NCBI RefSeq assembly: GCF_036321535.1
Contig: NC_087437.1
Location: forward strand, 90,646,001-90,710,000
Reading direction: 5' to 3'
From: Camelus dromedarius
Taxonomy: Eukaryota
DNA: 64,000 bases
A program made the position numbers and the translations under genes. Under the pieces are notes generated by a model. That model saw only the letters and a list, made by a program, of their open reading frames with translations. It did not search any database and was not told the DNA's origin. This document shows, piece by piece, positions 26,376 to 38,888 of the stretch (position 1 is its first letter; each line of letters starts with the position of its first letter).

Positions 26376-29225
26376 ATGGTAACAAACACATATACTTATC
26401 AATAATTCCTTTAAATGTCAATGGTCTAAATGCTTTAATCAAAAGATATAGAATAGCAGATTGGATAATAAAAAAATAACCTACAATTTGCTGCCTACAA
26501 GAGGCAAAAGTTCCCTGTGCTATACCTTACAGCAAAAGACATTCATAAATTGAAAGTGAGGGGATGGAAAAAGATATTTAATACAAATGGAATCAACAAG
26601 AAAACAGGGGTAGCAATATTCATATCAGCCAAAATAGACTTTAAGACAAAGCCATAAAGACAAAGAAGGACACTATATAATGATAAAAGGATCAACCAAG
26701 AAAAAGGTATTACACTCATTAACATATATGCACCCAATACAGCAGCACCTAAACACATAAAACAAATACTAAAATACATAAAAGGAGAAATTGATGTGAA
26801 TACAGTAATAGTAGGAGATTTTAAAACCACATTGACATCAATGGACAGATCTTCCAGAGAGAAAATTAATAAGGCTGCAGAGGCTCTAAATGACACAATA
26901 GAATAGACTTAATTAATATCTATAGAATACTACGTTCAACAACAACAGCAACAAAAAAACCCCAGAATATACTCTTATCAAGTGTGCGTGAAACAGTCTC
27001 TAAGATAGACCATTAAAAAAAAAAGGCACGAAACAAGGCTCAACAAATTTAGAGGACAGAAATTTTTCAAGCATCTTATCTGACTACAACAGCATGAAAC
27101 TAGAAATTGGACTCAGGAAAAAAATGAGAGAAAAAAAAAAGATGACATGGAGACTAAACAGCATGCTACTAAACATCCATGATGACAAAGATTATTCAAC
27201 ATATGCATGTCGACAAAAGAAAAGACAAAACCACATGATCATCTCAAAAGATGCAGAAAAAGCATTTGATAAAATTCAACAATCATTCATGATAAAAACT
27301 CTCATCAAAATGGGTATAGAAGGAACATATCTCAATCATTTAATAATAGCTTTTATAAAAGTCATTTAGAACAAGCCCACAGCCAATATAGTACTCAAAG
27401 GTGAAAAGCTGAAGACTTTCTACTAAATTCTGGAACAAGACAAGGATGCCCACTCTTACCACTTCTGCTGAACACTGGAAGTCCTAGCCACAGGGTCACA
27501 CAAGAAAAAGAAATAAATGTATCTAAATTGGGAGGGAAGAGATAAAATTGACATTGCATGCAGAGATTATGATACTCTATATAGAAAACCATATAGCTCA
27601 GGATTCTTAGATACTAACCACTATATATAAAATAGATAAACAACAAGGTCCTACTGTATAGCACTGGGAACTATATTCAATGCCTTGTAATGGCTTATAA
27701 TGAAAAAGAATATGAAAAGGAATATATATATATATATAACATATATGTATAAATGAATCACTATGCTCTACACCAGAAATTAGCATAATGTTGTAAACTG
27801 ACTATAATCCAATAAAAACAAACAGAAAACACTGATAAAGGAAATTGAAGATGATACAAAGAAATGGAAAGATATCACCTGCTCTTGAATTGAAAATTTT
27901 TGTATTGTTTAAGTGGCCATACTGCCCCAAATAATCCACAGATTTAATGTGATTCCTATCAAATTACTCAGGACATTTTTCACAGAGCTAGAACAAATTG
28001 TCCTAAAATTTATACAGAATCACAAAAACACATAATTGCCAAAGAAATTCTGAGGAAAAAGAACAAAGCTGGAGGCATAACCCTCTCAGATTTTAGACAA
28101 TACTATAAAGTTATAGTAATCAAAACAGTGTGATATTGGCACAAAAACAGACACATAGATCAGTGGAATAGAATAGAGAGCCCAGAAATAAAGCCACACA
28201 CCTACAGTCAATTGATATTTGACAAAAGAGGCAACAATACATAATGCAGAAAAGACAGTTTCTTCAGCAAGTGGTGTTGAGAAAGCTGGACAGCTACAGA
28301 CAAATAAATGAATCTAGAACATTCCCTCACACCATACTCAAAAATAAACTCAAAATGACTTAAAGAATTAAATATAATACATGACACCATAAAACTGTTA
28401 GAAAAGAATAAAGGCAAAATATTCTTGGACATAAACTGTAGTAATATTTTCTTAGATCAGTCTCTCAAGGCAAAAAAAAAAAAAAAAAAACAACTAAAAG
28501 CAAAAATAAACAAATGGGACCTAATCAAACTTAAAAAGTTTTGCACAGTGAAGGAAATCATCAACAAAACAGAAAGACAACCTACTGACTGGAAAAATAT
28601 ATTTGCAAATGATGTGACTGACTAGGCTTAATTTCCAAAATATACAGACAGCTCATACAACTCAACACTAAAAAACCCAACAAACACAGTCAAAAAATGA
28701 TCATCTCAAAAGATTCAGAAAAAGTATTTGAAGATCTAAATAGACATTTCTCTAAAGGAAACATACAGATGGCCAACAGGCACTTGAAAAGATGCTCAGT
28801 ATCACTAATTATTAGAGAAATGCAAATAAAAACCACAATGAGGTATCACCTCACACTGATAAGAATGGCCATCATCAAAAAGTCTACAAATATAAATGCT
28901 GGAGAGGGTGTGGATAAAATGGAATCCTCCTACTCCCTTAGTTGGCATGTAAATTTGTGTACTCACTATGGAAACTGGAATGGAGTTTCCTTAAAACACG
29001 AAAAATAGAGTTACCATATGATCCAGAAATCTCATTCCTGGGCATATACCTGGAAAACATAAAAACCCTAATTGGAAAAAGTACATGTACCTCAAAGCTC
29101 ATAGCAGTGCTATTCACAATAGACAAGATGTGGAAGTAACCTAAATGACCTTGAACAGATGAACGGATAAAGAAGAGGTGGTATATTTATACAGTGGACC
29201 ACTACTCATCCATAAAAGAATAAAA
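26376..29225 (+). pseudogene. L1 ORF2 (EN/RT) remnant
   Basis: ATG at 26376 followed by the 'aatgtcaatggtctaaat' EN start; large deletion near 27175 joins the EN region to RT; disrupted FADD motif at ~27555-27570. Confidence 0.85.
27591..27823 (+). mobile_element. Nested L1 3'-end fragment inside ORF2
   Basis: 3' UTR motifs 'aaatagataaacaacaaggtcctactgtatagcactgggaactatattcaa' ending in AATAAA and an A tail. Confidence 0.9.
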
Positions 29226-29659
29226 TAATGCCATTTGCAGCACCATGGATGGAGCTGAAGATCATTATTCTTAGTGAAGTAAGCCAGAAAGAGAAAGAAA
29301 AATACCATATGATTATCACTTACATGTGTAAATGGAAAAAAAAACACAAATGATTTTATTTACAAAACAGAAACAGATTCACAGACACAGAAAACAAACT
29401 TATGGTTACTGGGGGGGAAAGGGGTCGGAAGGGATAAATTGGCAGTTTGAGATTTGCAGATACTAATTACTATATACAAAATAGATAAGCAACAAGTTTA
29501 TACTGTATAGCATAGGGAACCATATTCAGTATCTTGTAATAACCTATAATGAAAAAGGAGACAAAAAGGAATATATGTATGTATATGTATGACTAAAACA
29601 TTATGCTATATACCAGAAATTGATGCAACATTGTAAACTGACTATAATTCAATTAAAAA
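29181..29659 (+). mobile_element. Second L1 3' end nested in the host L1 3' region
   Basis: Complete 3' UTR with A tail, flanked by the 12-bp direct repeat aaagaagaggtg (29169-29180, 29660-29671). Confidence 0.85.
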
Positions 29660-29671
29660 AAAGAAGAGGTG

Positions 29672-29703
<32 letters not shown>

Positions 29704-32700
29704 ATGGAATATTATTCAGCCATAAAAATAATGAATATTTTTCATTATTTATATGAAATATAAATATATATACACACACACACAATGGAATATTATTCAG
29801 CCATAAAAATAATGAAATAATGCCCTTTGTATCACATGGATGAATCTAGAGATTATTATAGTAATTGAGGTATGTCAGACAGAGGGAAACAAATATTATA
29901 CAATATCACTTACATGTGGAATCTCAAAAAAGAATACAAATCAACTTATTTACAAAATAGAAACAGACTCACAGACATAGAAAACAAATTTATGGTTACC
30001 AAAATGAAAAAGGGAGAGAGAGGGATAAATTAGGAATATGGGGTTAACAGATAAACACCACTATACATGAGATGGATGAACATCAAGGATTTATTCTATA
30101 ACACAGGGAACTATATTCAATATCTTGTAATAGCCCTAATGGAAAAGAATCTGAAGTTGTACTCCAAAACTAGCACAATACTGTAAATCAACTTTAGTTA
30201 AATAAAAAAATTTAAATATAAAATTATTTGCATGATTATTATCATTCATTTTTATGTTGTACATTGCCAGTTTTGAATGTAAATATTAGAGCATTTAAAT
30301 TATTTGTAGAATCACCAAAATTACCCAATTCAAATTTCATAACACATACATGCATATGTATTTCATTCTTACCAGAAAATTGGAAATGCATAAAACTAGT
30401 TCAACTACTTAATATTACTTTTTGATTTGCTCACATTCTACCAACACTCTACCTTTTTCATGAATAAGGAAGAACTAAAAGATAGAGGACTATTGGTGGC
30501 CCTTACTCTCTTCTTTCTTTCATTATATTCAGAGTAATAGATGGTTAGTGCAGGGAAGGAGCACGAATAAAAGAGGATACAATAGGATTTCTTCCTCATT
30601 TGTGTTTCTGAGAACACAGTTGCCTTTCTTCATCTAAAGCAAGTTCTGGTTGACTCTCACTAAATCTACATGTCACGTTTCCACTCAAATTGCACACCTG
30701 TGGGATATTATGAATGCTATGTACATTTGGGGAAGGAAGAAGTGACAGATACGTATTACATGCAATTACTCTGTTCACTCACATCTTCAATTGTCTCTTT
30801 TGGAGTTCACAAGTTCAAAAACAATATTACTAAAAATCTTAATACAGAGACAGGGTATCACTGATCCAAGTGTAGGGTCCTTCTGCGCAGACTCCTATGA
30901 GATCGCACTGGTTATACCCCCATGAAGCCAGTCTGGTTCTGGCTGAGGGACAGCTCAACTGATGAGAGCAACTAGATGAGACCACCTGTCAAATTATCCC
31001 TCTCAACTGCAGGGAGTAGACAGTGAGTTATTCATGGAGCATATAAAGCTGGTTGCTTTGCGTTAAGGCAGGCCTACTCTGGTTGGTTTTAGGATTTTGA
31101 GCCCTCTTGCCTTTCCCTTGGACCTGTCCAAGATTGACTACCTGAAATCACATTCTTCTTGGCCTCTTCCCCTTTTCCTATTCTTTCCTCACTTTCAGGT
31201 TTATCCTGAAAAACATGTGAATTTGTCTCTGGTTCTGTTTCTAGAGGACATACCCTAAGACAGCATTTGTTTTCTATATCCAAAATATTAATACTATCTT
31301 ATTTGAAATCTCATAATTCATGTTAATTTGTAAACCCAGAAAAGATTCTGTTGTATGTATATTGAATTTGTAGTTTTTGAGATTAAAATAGGACTGGTTT
31401 CTCCTCCTTTGCAGGAGCAAATGTCTACTGGAATGACAATGTTTTGAGTTCCTAGATATGAGCATGCCCTTCAGAATAAAGAGAAGGCATTTTTGCAGTA
31501 GGTGCTAAGAGGAATAGTCACTGGGAACATTATAATTCAACAAAGATTTAGGTAATTATTGTTGTAGAAATTACTTTTCTCCTGTTGACTAAGGCAATCT
31601 TTAATGATTCCTTAAGATGGGGACTCTATAACTACCAGGGTATGACTTGCCATATATAATGGTCATGAAGCATGAAGAAATAATTTATCTGGAGGTAAGA
31701 GAGAGTGAGAAAGAAAGAGAACATAACTAAGCTATTTGTGTGTAAATAGGTCATGTAAAGACCCAGATGGCCCCTACTTACTGAAATAACAGGAATAAAC
31801 TAGATGGGGAACTGTACCTTTCTTGTCTCATCAGTCTAATCTTTCATCCAACTAGTTTCCAGAGCCTAAAAACATTTGCATTTGGCTTTTTAAAAAACAT
31901 CTAAGTTAAAGTCATTTTAGTTTCAATTGTGTGAAGGTAATGCTTTGAAAGAGAGTTTCTTATTATCTTTCATACAGGTATTTCAAAGGAATAAAATAGT
32001 GGCTTTTAATACTATTTGAAATATATCACCTTAGTCATATGAAGGAACCAAAAACTTTTATGTAGTTTTTATCTAACTATTAATTTCAGCATGAAAATTA
32101 AAATGTGCTCTAGCTGTTGCTTCCCTAATCCACTAGGATGGGTTTATAGATGTAGAATAGGGCTTGGAAGATAAAAATAGCTTTAGCCAAGTTTGTTGCT
32201 CTGCTTGACCCTTTTCCCCAAGTTATATGTAAATGGGTCAAAATCCTCATATGCTGACAGTAGCTCCTCCACCTAATATGACCTCTTAGAATATTTCAGG
32301 ATGACAGTGGTTCCAACTCCTCTGCTCAAAGGTCACTTCTCTCTAGTCTTGTAGTGTGGCAATATGATTGGGAAGCATGATTCTCTCTTTTGCTTCAGCC
32401 TCTTTCATTTTCCAGAATGCTACATTGTAAAAGCATCTGTGCTCAGCTCTACTTTTTTTTTTCTCATTCTGTGTTCTTGAATTCTAATTATCCTTACAAA
32501 ATATATCAACTGATTTCATTTTTCATCCAGTACCTGAGGGCATGCTGATATACTACAGTTTGGAAGCCATCCATTAATGCAATTTTCCCTTGTTAATAAG
32601 CCTTCTTCAACTAACCCTTTTTCAGAACTCCCACTGAATATATACTTCGTTCTCACAATGTGGTTCTTAATACATTTTTCTCTTCATTTCTTTTTTCTAG

Positions 32701-32719
32701 GCTTTCCTTCCAACAAATC

Positions 32720-34375
32720 TTTTATGCTACTAGTAGTATTTAAGTGTTTCCCTTGTTTTATATCCTTGCCAACAATTAATATTACCAGATTTTATAAGTT
32801 TGGACCATATATGATGTGTAAAATGGTATCTCACTGTGATTTTAATTAGCATTTCATTAATTGCTAAATGAGTTAGGCATCTTTTTCTATGTATATTGGC
32901 CATTGTGTTTTCTCTTCTGTGAAATGTCTTCTACTCACATTTCAAAAAGGCTGTCTTTTTTTTTTTAATGTTAATCTAGATAACTTTCTCCTTTTTACTC
33001 ATGTCTTTCAAACATTTTCCCCTAGTTTTTGTTTTGTTTTACTCTACAGTGTTTTGTTATTTTTGTTTGTTTGTTTTAATGAACTAAAGTTCTTATTTTA
33101 ATATAGTTATGTTCACTAATCTTTTCTTTTTTGGCTAATACTTGTGTTTTCTTTTTAAATAAAACTCTGCACCTTGAGGATATAAAGATCTATCCTATAT
33201 TTCCTTCTAATGTGTACACAATTTTACCTTTTATATTTAAGTTCTTCATCCCTGTGGAATGTATTTAGTATATCATGAAGTAGGAATCCAACTGCATATT
33301 GTCACTTTCACAAAATTGTATAAATCAGGATTTCTTTGTCAGCATACTATGTTAAGAAGAAAGAGAGATAGTAAAGTGAATTGTGTGCATCCAAAAATCT
33401 TCAGTGGGTTGGTAGGCTCTAGGCTGGGCTTCAGTCATGATTCTCAACAAACCAATGCATAAATGGTTAACTGAGGAAATAGCTACCTCTGGCTACAATC
33501 AGGAAGTGATAGAATAAGAAGCTTCTGTGACAACTGTTGGCTCCAAAACAGTACCACCTTTGTTGCACTCTAGGAATAAGGTGGCTGTCCCATAAGCTGT
33601 TTGTTCCACAGACATACCATCATATTGGATGCCTTGAATGCAAATATTTTCTCTCTACTTCATTTAGTTCTGAATTTAAATCTCATGTCAACCAACTGTT
33701 TGGTAAAAATGAACCATATGAAGACCCTAGCTGTAAGAGTTTATGAAGCTTGGTATTTAGCTTCCTAGATGCCATAATCCAGGAAAGTACACAGAGGCAA
33801 TAAGGACAGCTGTTGAACTAGTCAATCTACTATATTCAAGTTGGCAATTAAATATCTTAATTCCATTTATTGAATTGTCTAGTATTTTCCCAGTGGATTG
33901 TAATGCTACTTTGATCATACTTCAAATTTCCATATATGAATGGTTATATGTGGACTTTCCATTTCATGATTAAATTTATCCTTGCAACAAACCATAGTGT
34001 TTTAATCACTACAGATCTATTATATATGGCTTTGATACCAAGTAGATCAAACCTCACTCTTATCCCAACACATATACTTAACTTATTCTCTTCAGGAATC
34101 ACTTAACTATTCTAATGTTTTCCACTTATAGATGAAGTGTAGAATCAACTTTTCAAGGTCTTGAAAAAACTGAACTTGCACTGAATTGAATGGGTATTAA
34201 TATCAGGCATTTTATTGTATCTTTTGAAGTGATTATATGGTTTTCTCCTTTAATTGATTAATCTGATGATATACATCAACAGATTTTCTAATATAAACTA
34301 TTGTTATATTCATATAAACCTTTATAAGACTGAAATAATTTGTTCCTTGAATTTTTTATAAAATTCTCCTATAAA
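32720..34375 (-). mobile_element. Degraded ancient L1 (L1ME-type), interrupted by an LTR
   Basis: 'aaaatggtatctcactgtgattttaattagcatttc' and 'atattggccattgtgttttctcttctgtgaaatg' are antisense ORF2 C-terminal motifs. Confidence 0.65.
33317..33830 (-). mobile_element. Old MaLR (MLT1-type) LTR
   Basis: 'tgtataaatcaggatttc' start and 'accctagctgtaagagtttatgaagc' resemble antisense old MLT1; higher GC than the flanking L1. Confidence 0.45.
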
Positions 34376-34380
34376 ACATT

Positions 34381-34808
34381 TGTTATAAGGCAAAGGTGAG
34401 GTTATTTTGAAAATGTAATCAAGGTCCCTTATCAGTTGACTTTGAATTAATCAAAAGGAAGATCTTCCTGGGTAGGCCTGACCTAATCAGTTAATCCCTT
34501 TAACAGAAGGTCTAGATTGAAGCAATAGACTCTTTCTCTTCACTGCTGTCTTTGAGAAAGCTAGCTGCAATAAACTCTACAGCAACAAGAAAATGTACCA
34601 AGAACCACATGAGCTCATAAGATCACAAAACTCAGGTGAGACCACTGCCCCTGATGACACCCAGATTGTAGCCTTATTAGACCTGAAACAGGACCCAGAT
34701 AAGCAGTGCCCAAACTCCTGATCCCCAAAAGCTGGGAGATAATAAATGATTGTTATTTAACCAACTAAGTTTATAGTAATTTGTTACACAGTATAGAAAA
34801 CTAATACA
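34381..34808 (+). mobile_element. MaLR MLT1E-type LTR
   Basis: 'aaggtcccttatcagttgactttgaattaatcaaaaggaagatc...gggtaggcctgacctaatcag...gaaaactaataca'. Confidence 0.85.
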
Positions 34809-35084
34809 GTATCATTTATTTGAAGCTATTTCTTTTTATCTTGATGATTTAACATCTATGTTTATTCCTAAGGGTTTTAAAATTTATTATTATCCTTAGA
34901 TTTTAGTGAGTCTCTTTTAAATATTATTTGATTTTCCTTTTTTATTCTATTCTTACATTATCTGTCTTAACAAAATTCTGTATATTTACATTTATTTTGA
35001 TATCTTTAATCATTAAGATTTTTAAAATATAATCTTTTACTTTCTCTTTCTTCTGCTTTATCAATGCTGTCTCCATTTCCTGCT

Positions 35085-36695
35085 CTTTATTTTTTATTTT
35101 ATTGTTTTAACAGACTATTTTTACAACAGTTGTAGATTCAAAGAAAAAATAAGTGGAAAATATGGAGAGTTCTCATATACAACCTGTTTCCTCCTCACAG
35201 TCTCCTTCACTTTATATTTGTTATAATTGATGAATCTACATTGAGATGTAATTATCACCCATAGTCCATAGTTTACATTAGAGTTTACTCTTGACACTAC
35301 ATATTCTATGAGTTTGGGTAAATTTACAATGACATGTATCTACTATTTCATACAGAACAGTTTCACTGACCTAAAAAGAATCCTCTGTGTTCTGTCTGTT
35401 CATCTCTAGATCCACTACAACACTTGATCTTTTTACTATCTCTATAGTTTTACCTTTTCCAATATGTTTTATAGTTGGAATCATATAGTATGTTGCCTTT
35501 TCAGATTGGACACTTTTATTAGTAATAAGCATTTAAATTTCCTCCATATCTTTTCATTGTTTAATAGCAACTTTCTTTTTAGCACTAAGTAATATTCCAT
35601 TGACTGGATGTACCACAATATATTTATCTGTTCACCTACAGAAGAACATGTTGGTTACTTCCAAGTTTTAGCAAAGTTGAATCAAGCTGCTATGAACATC
35701 TGTTTGTGGGTTTCTGTGTGGATGAGTTTTCAACTCCTTTGGGTAAATACCAAGGAATGAAATTGCTGATTGTATGTTAAAAGTATATTTAGCTTGCTAG
35801 GAAACTGCCAATCTGTCTTTCAAAGTGGCTATACCATTTTACATTCCCACCAGCTATGAATAAGAGTTCCTGTTGCTAGCATTTGGTGTGGTCAGTGTTC
35901 TGGATTTTGGGTATTCTAATAATTGTGGAGAGGTAACTCATTTTTTAAAATTTGTGTTTCTCTAATCACATATGATATAGAACATCTTTTCACATACTTA
36001 TTTGCTGTGTATCTTCTTTGGTGAGGTGTCTGTTCATGTCCTTTGCTCATTTTTTAATCATGTTCATTTTCTTATTGAGTTTTAAGAGTTCTTTGTATAC
36101 TTTTAGATAACAGTCCATATCAGGTGTGTCTTTTGCAATTATTTTCTCCCAGTCTGTGACTTCTCTTCTTATTTTCAATCCCATTTCAGTGTCTTTCATA
36201 GAGCATGCATTTTAATTTTAATCAAGTCCAGTTTATCAATTCTTTCTTTCATGGATCCTGCCTTTGGTGTTAGATGTAAAAAGTCATCCCCATACTCAAG
36301 GTCAAGTAGATTTTATGTTATCTTCTAAGAGTCTTATAGTTTTACATTTACATCTAGGATGCATTTTGAATTGATTTTTGTGAAGAGTATAAGGTTTGTG
36401 TCTAGATTCATTTTTTGGCATATGAATTTTCAATGTTTCAAGCATCATATTTTGAAAAGACTATTTTTTTTCCTCTATGTTATTGCTATTGTTCCTTTGT
36501 CAATTATTGGTAGATTATATTCATGTTGGTCTATTTCTGGGTTCTTTGTTCTGTTGATCTATTTGTCTCTTCTTTCATCAATATCACATTGTTTTGATTA
36601 CTGTAGCTTTATAGTAAGTCTTAAAAGTGGGTTGTTTCAGTCTTCTGACTTTGTTCTCCTTTAACATTGTTTTGGCTACTCCAAGTCTTTTGCTT
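35085..36695 (-). mobile_element. L1MC-type LINE-1, 3' UTR plus ORF2 C-terminus
   Basis: L1MC 3' terminus 'cagttgtagattcaaagaaaaaataagtggaaaatatggagagttctcatatac'; homologous to the copy at 18433-19458. Confidence 0.9.
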
Positions 36696-38841
36696 ACTCT
36701 TTATTTTTAATGCTTTTTTATTTTTAGTTTTTCCTTATCTGTTACCCAAATTTTGGGTTGAAAATAATACACTACTACTCTAAATTTTGCTTGCTTAATT
36801 TCCTTTTTATATCAGTTACACTTGAAATTTTACCATAGTTGAAAATGTATACATATTGATAATTCAAACTCCTTCAGTTGTTAATTTTTTTTCATCAATC
36901 TCCTTAATTACATGCTATTTTTGTCCAGTATTTTAGTTCATGGAACACTTTTGCCTAGTTTTATATTTTATTTATTATTTGCTACTCTTAATGTCTAGTT
37001 TTTCACATCTTCCCTCTTTTTTTTTTAGTTCTCATTGGAGTACACACTTTAGAAATTTCTTTCATGAAATTCAGATGGTAGTAAACTATAACTTTCACCT
37101 GTTTTATATGTGTTTATGTTTTTTCCTCATTCTTAAAAGAATTTTGGGGTAAACATTTCTGTAAGATAAATTTGCAGGTTAAGAACTCATAAACATAAGT
37201 GTCATTTGGTGATAATGCATCAGAAAGATAGTCACTCTTGGGTACTTTTACACAGTGTTCTAAGCCGTTGAATCAAAGACGATACTCTTAGATCTGGATG
37301 GAGAGGAAAGTCTCTGAAAACTATTCCCCCAACTCATGTTCTAGTAATGAAATCCTCTTTAAAACAGAAGGCTTAACTGTTTTGTGGAAAATGCATGAAT
37401 TCATCACATTTGCCTGCACCCTAGACATACTCCTTAGGATATTGCCTCAGAGAAATTATTTATGATATTATTGAGTAAAAGTAGTATAGAAAGTTGACTT
37501 TTTTAAGTCAGGTAGAGGAGGTTTTTGAAACATAGTTGATTATATATCTAAGAAGTTGTTTGAGTTCTAAATATCATAGTCTGAGAAAAGATACAGGTTG
37601 ATAGAATCAAGGCAATGGCAAGATTTCTAAACATTTGAGTAAGTAGTAAGTTGGGAAAGATGGGTAACTTTAGTCAATATAATAAAGCTTGTGACAATTA
37701 GAAAAATGTTTTCTATATACAAAAATTGTTTACATCCAGTTTAGTCATTTTATGTGTGTGTGAGATCCATCTCTTACTGAATCTATAACTATAAATGATA
37801 TAGTTATTGGTTATATTAAAAATGGATATCAAATTAAGACAAGACATCTAATAACTGAAAAGGAAATAGGGCTGAAAGAAGAGTCTCTAGGAGAGGAGTT
37901 GAGGTTGGGAAGGGAATTGTGTTGGTGGAAACTAAATTTCTGTGTCTTGGTTTTAAGGCACACTTTTTATTGGAGGCCTTCCAGACAACAATGTAGGTGT
38001 TTACAAGAAGAATGCTTTTCAGTTAAAAGTTGTTCCTGCAAGTGTTGATGAAAAAGAAACCTTAAACTTTGTGGGTTGTGCATCCATTTGGATTTGATTT
38101 AGAACCTGGTAACAACTAGATTCAAGAGTATTTTTCAGGGTTCAAGTCAAAGAATCAGATCAATGGCAGGCATTGGAGCATTTGGAGTTGTAAGTGAAAC
38201 CTGATCTCTGAGGAACATGAAGACAGAGATTGTTGAATATAAAGCAATACCAAGTAGAAAATGAATCAGTGTAGGGAAAGGAATCATGATATAGGAAAAA
38301 TAATTATGTTCTTTGGAGGCAAAGTAACCTGGACATCAAAGCTTGAACTACTTTTTCATTACTTTGGGAAATAAACCACTTTCCTTTTTTGTGTCTTATG
38401 TCTTACATAAAACTGAACACACAAACCAGCAATTACAAAATCTACCTTGTAAAGTTTTATGAGGACTATAGATCATAGAAGAACAATATAGTTGTCACAT
38501 AATGACTTAAAAATTGTAGTTTTTTTCCTTATCCATACTCCATGTTGATATTAGAAAGCAATAGTACTTATGATGAATAATGTAGTCTAAGAGACAATTC
38601 TGTCTCTCTGCCTTTGTTTTTCTTTTTCTATCTGTCACATCTATCTACATCTTATACATATATTCATAGGAACATTTTTATTGTGATAATTTTCTCAAGT
38701 CCTCTACAGCAAATGGATTTTTATTTTTCAGGAAGAATGTGAATCTCTTCTAAATAGTATCTAACATGTTTTGAAAACCTAGTCTATAATATATAGTGTA
38801 TTTTTATTCCTGAGAACTGTCCATAAACTTGTTATCCTATT

Positions 38842-38888
38842 GTGTGTGTGTGTATGTATGTATATGTGTGTGTGTGTGTGTGTGTGTA
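38842..38888. repeat. Compound (TG)n/(TATG)n microsatellite
   Basis: Directly visible. Confidence 0.9.

Larger units (their letters stand above)
23684..30207 (+). mobile_element. Near-full-length dead LINE-1 (5' UTR, ORF1, ORF2, 3' UTR) with internal deletions and nested insertions
   Basis: Intact 5' end 'agatcaagatggcagagtagaagg' with a YY1-like CAAGATGGC at 23688-23696; ORF1 coiled-coil peptide (25137-25364); ORF2 peptides ([43 protein letters not shown]); poly(A) at ~30200. Confidence 0.95.
23495..30936 (-). mobile_element. MER45B-like hAT DNA transposon, split into 23495-~23680 and ~30210-30936 by an L1
   Basis: 'gaccctttgttcaaaaagcagg' at the left and 'cccccatgaagccagtctgg' at the right match the two MER45 termini in reverse orientation. 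Confidence 0.7.
23383..31262 (+). mobile_element. 3' LTR (LTR16-type) split into 23383-23494 and 30937-31262 by nested insertions
   Basis: Starts 'tggaatagatgctgttgcc' after the PPT; resumes after the MER45 end and terminates 'tctgtttctagaggacataccctaagaca'. Confidence 0.6.
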
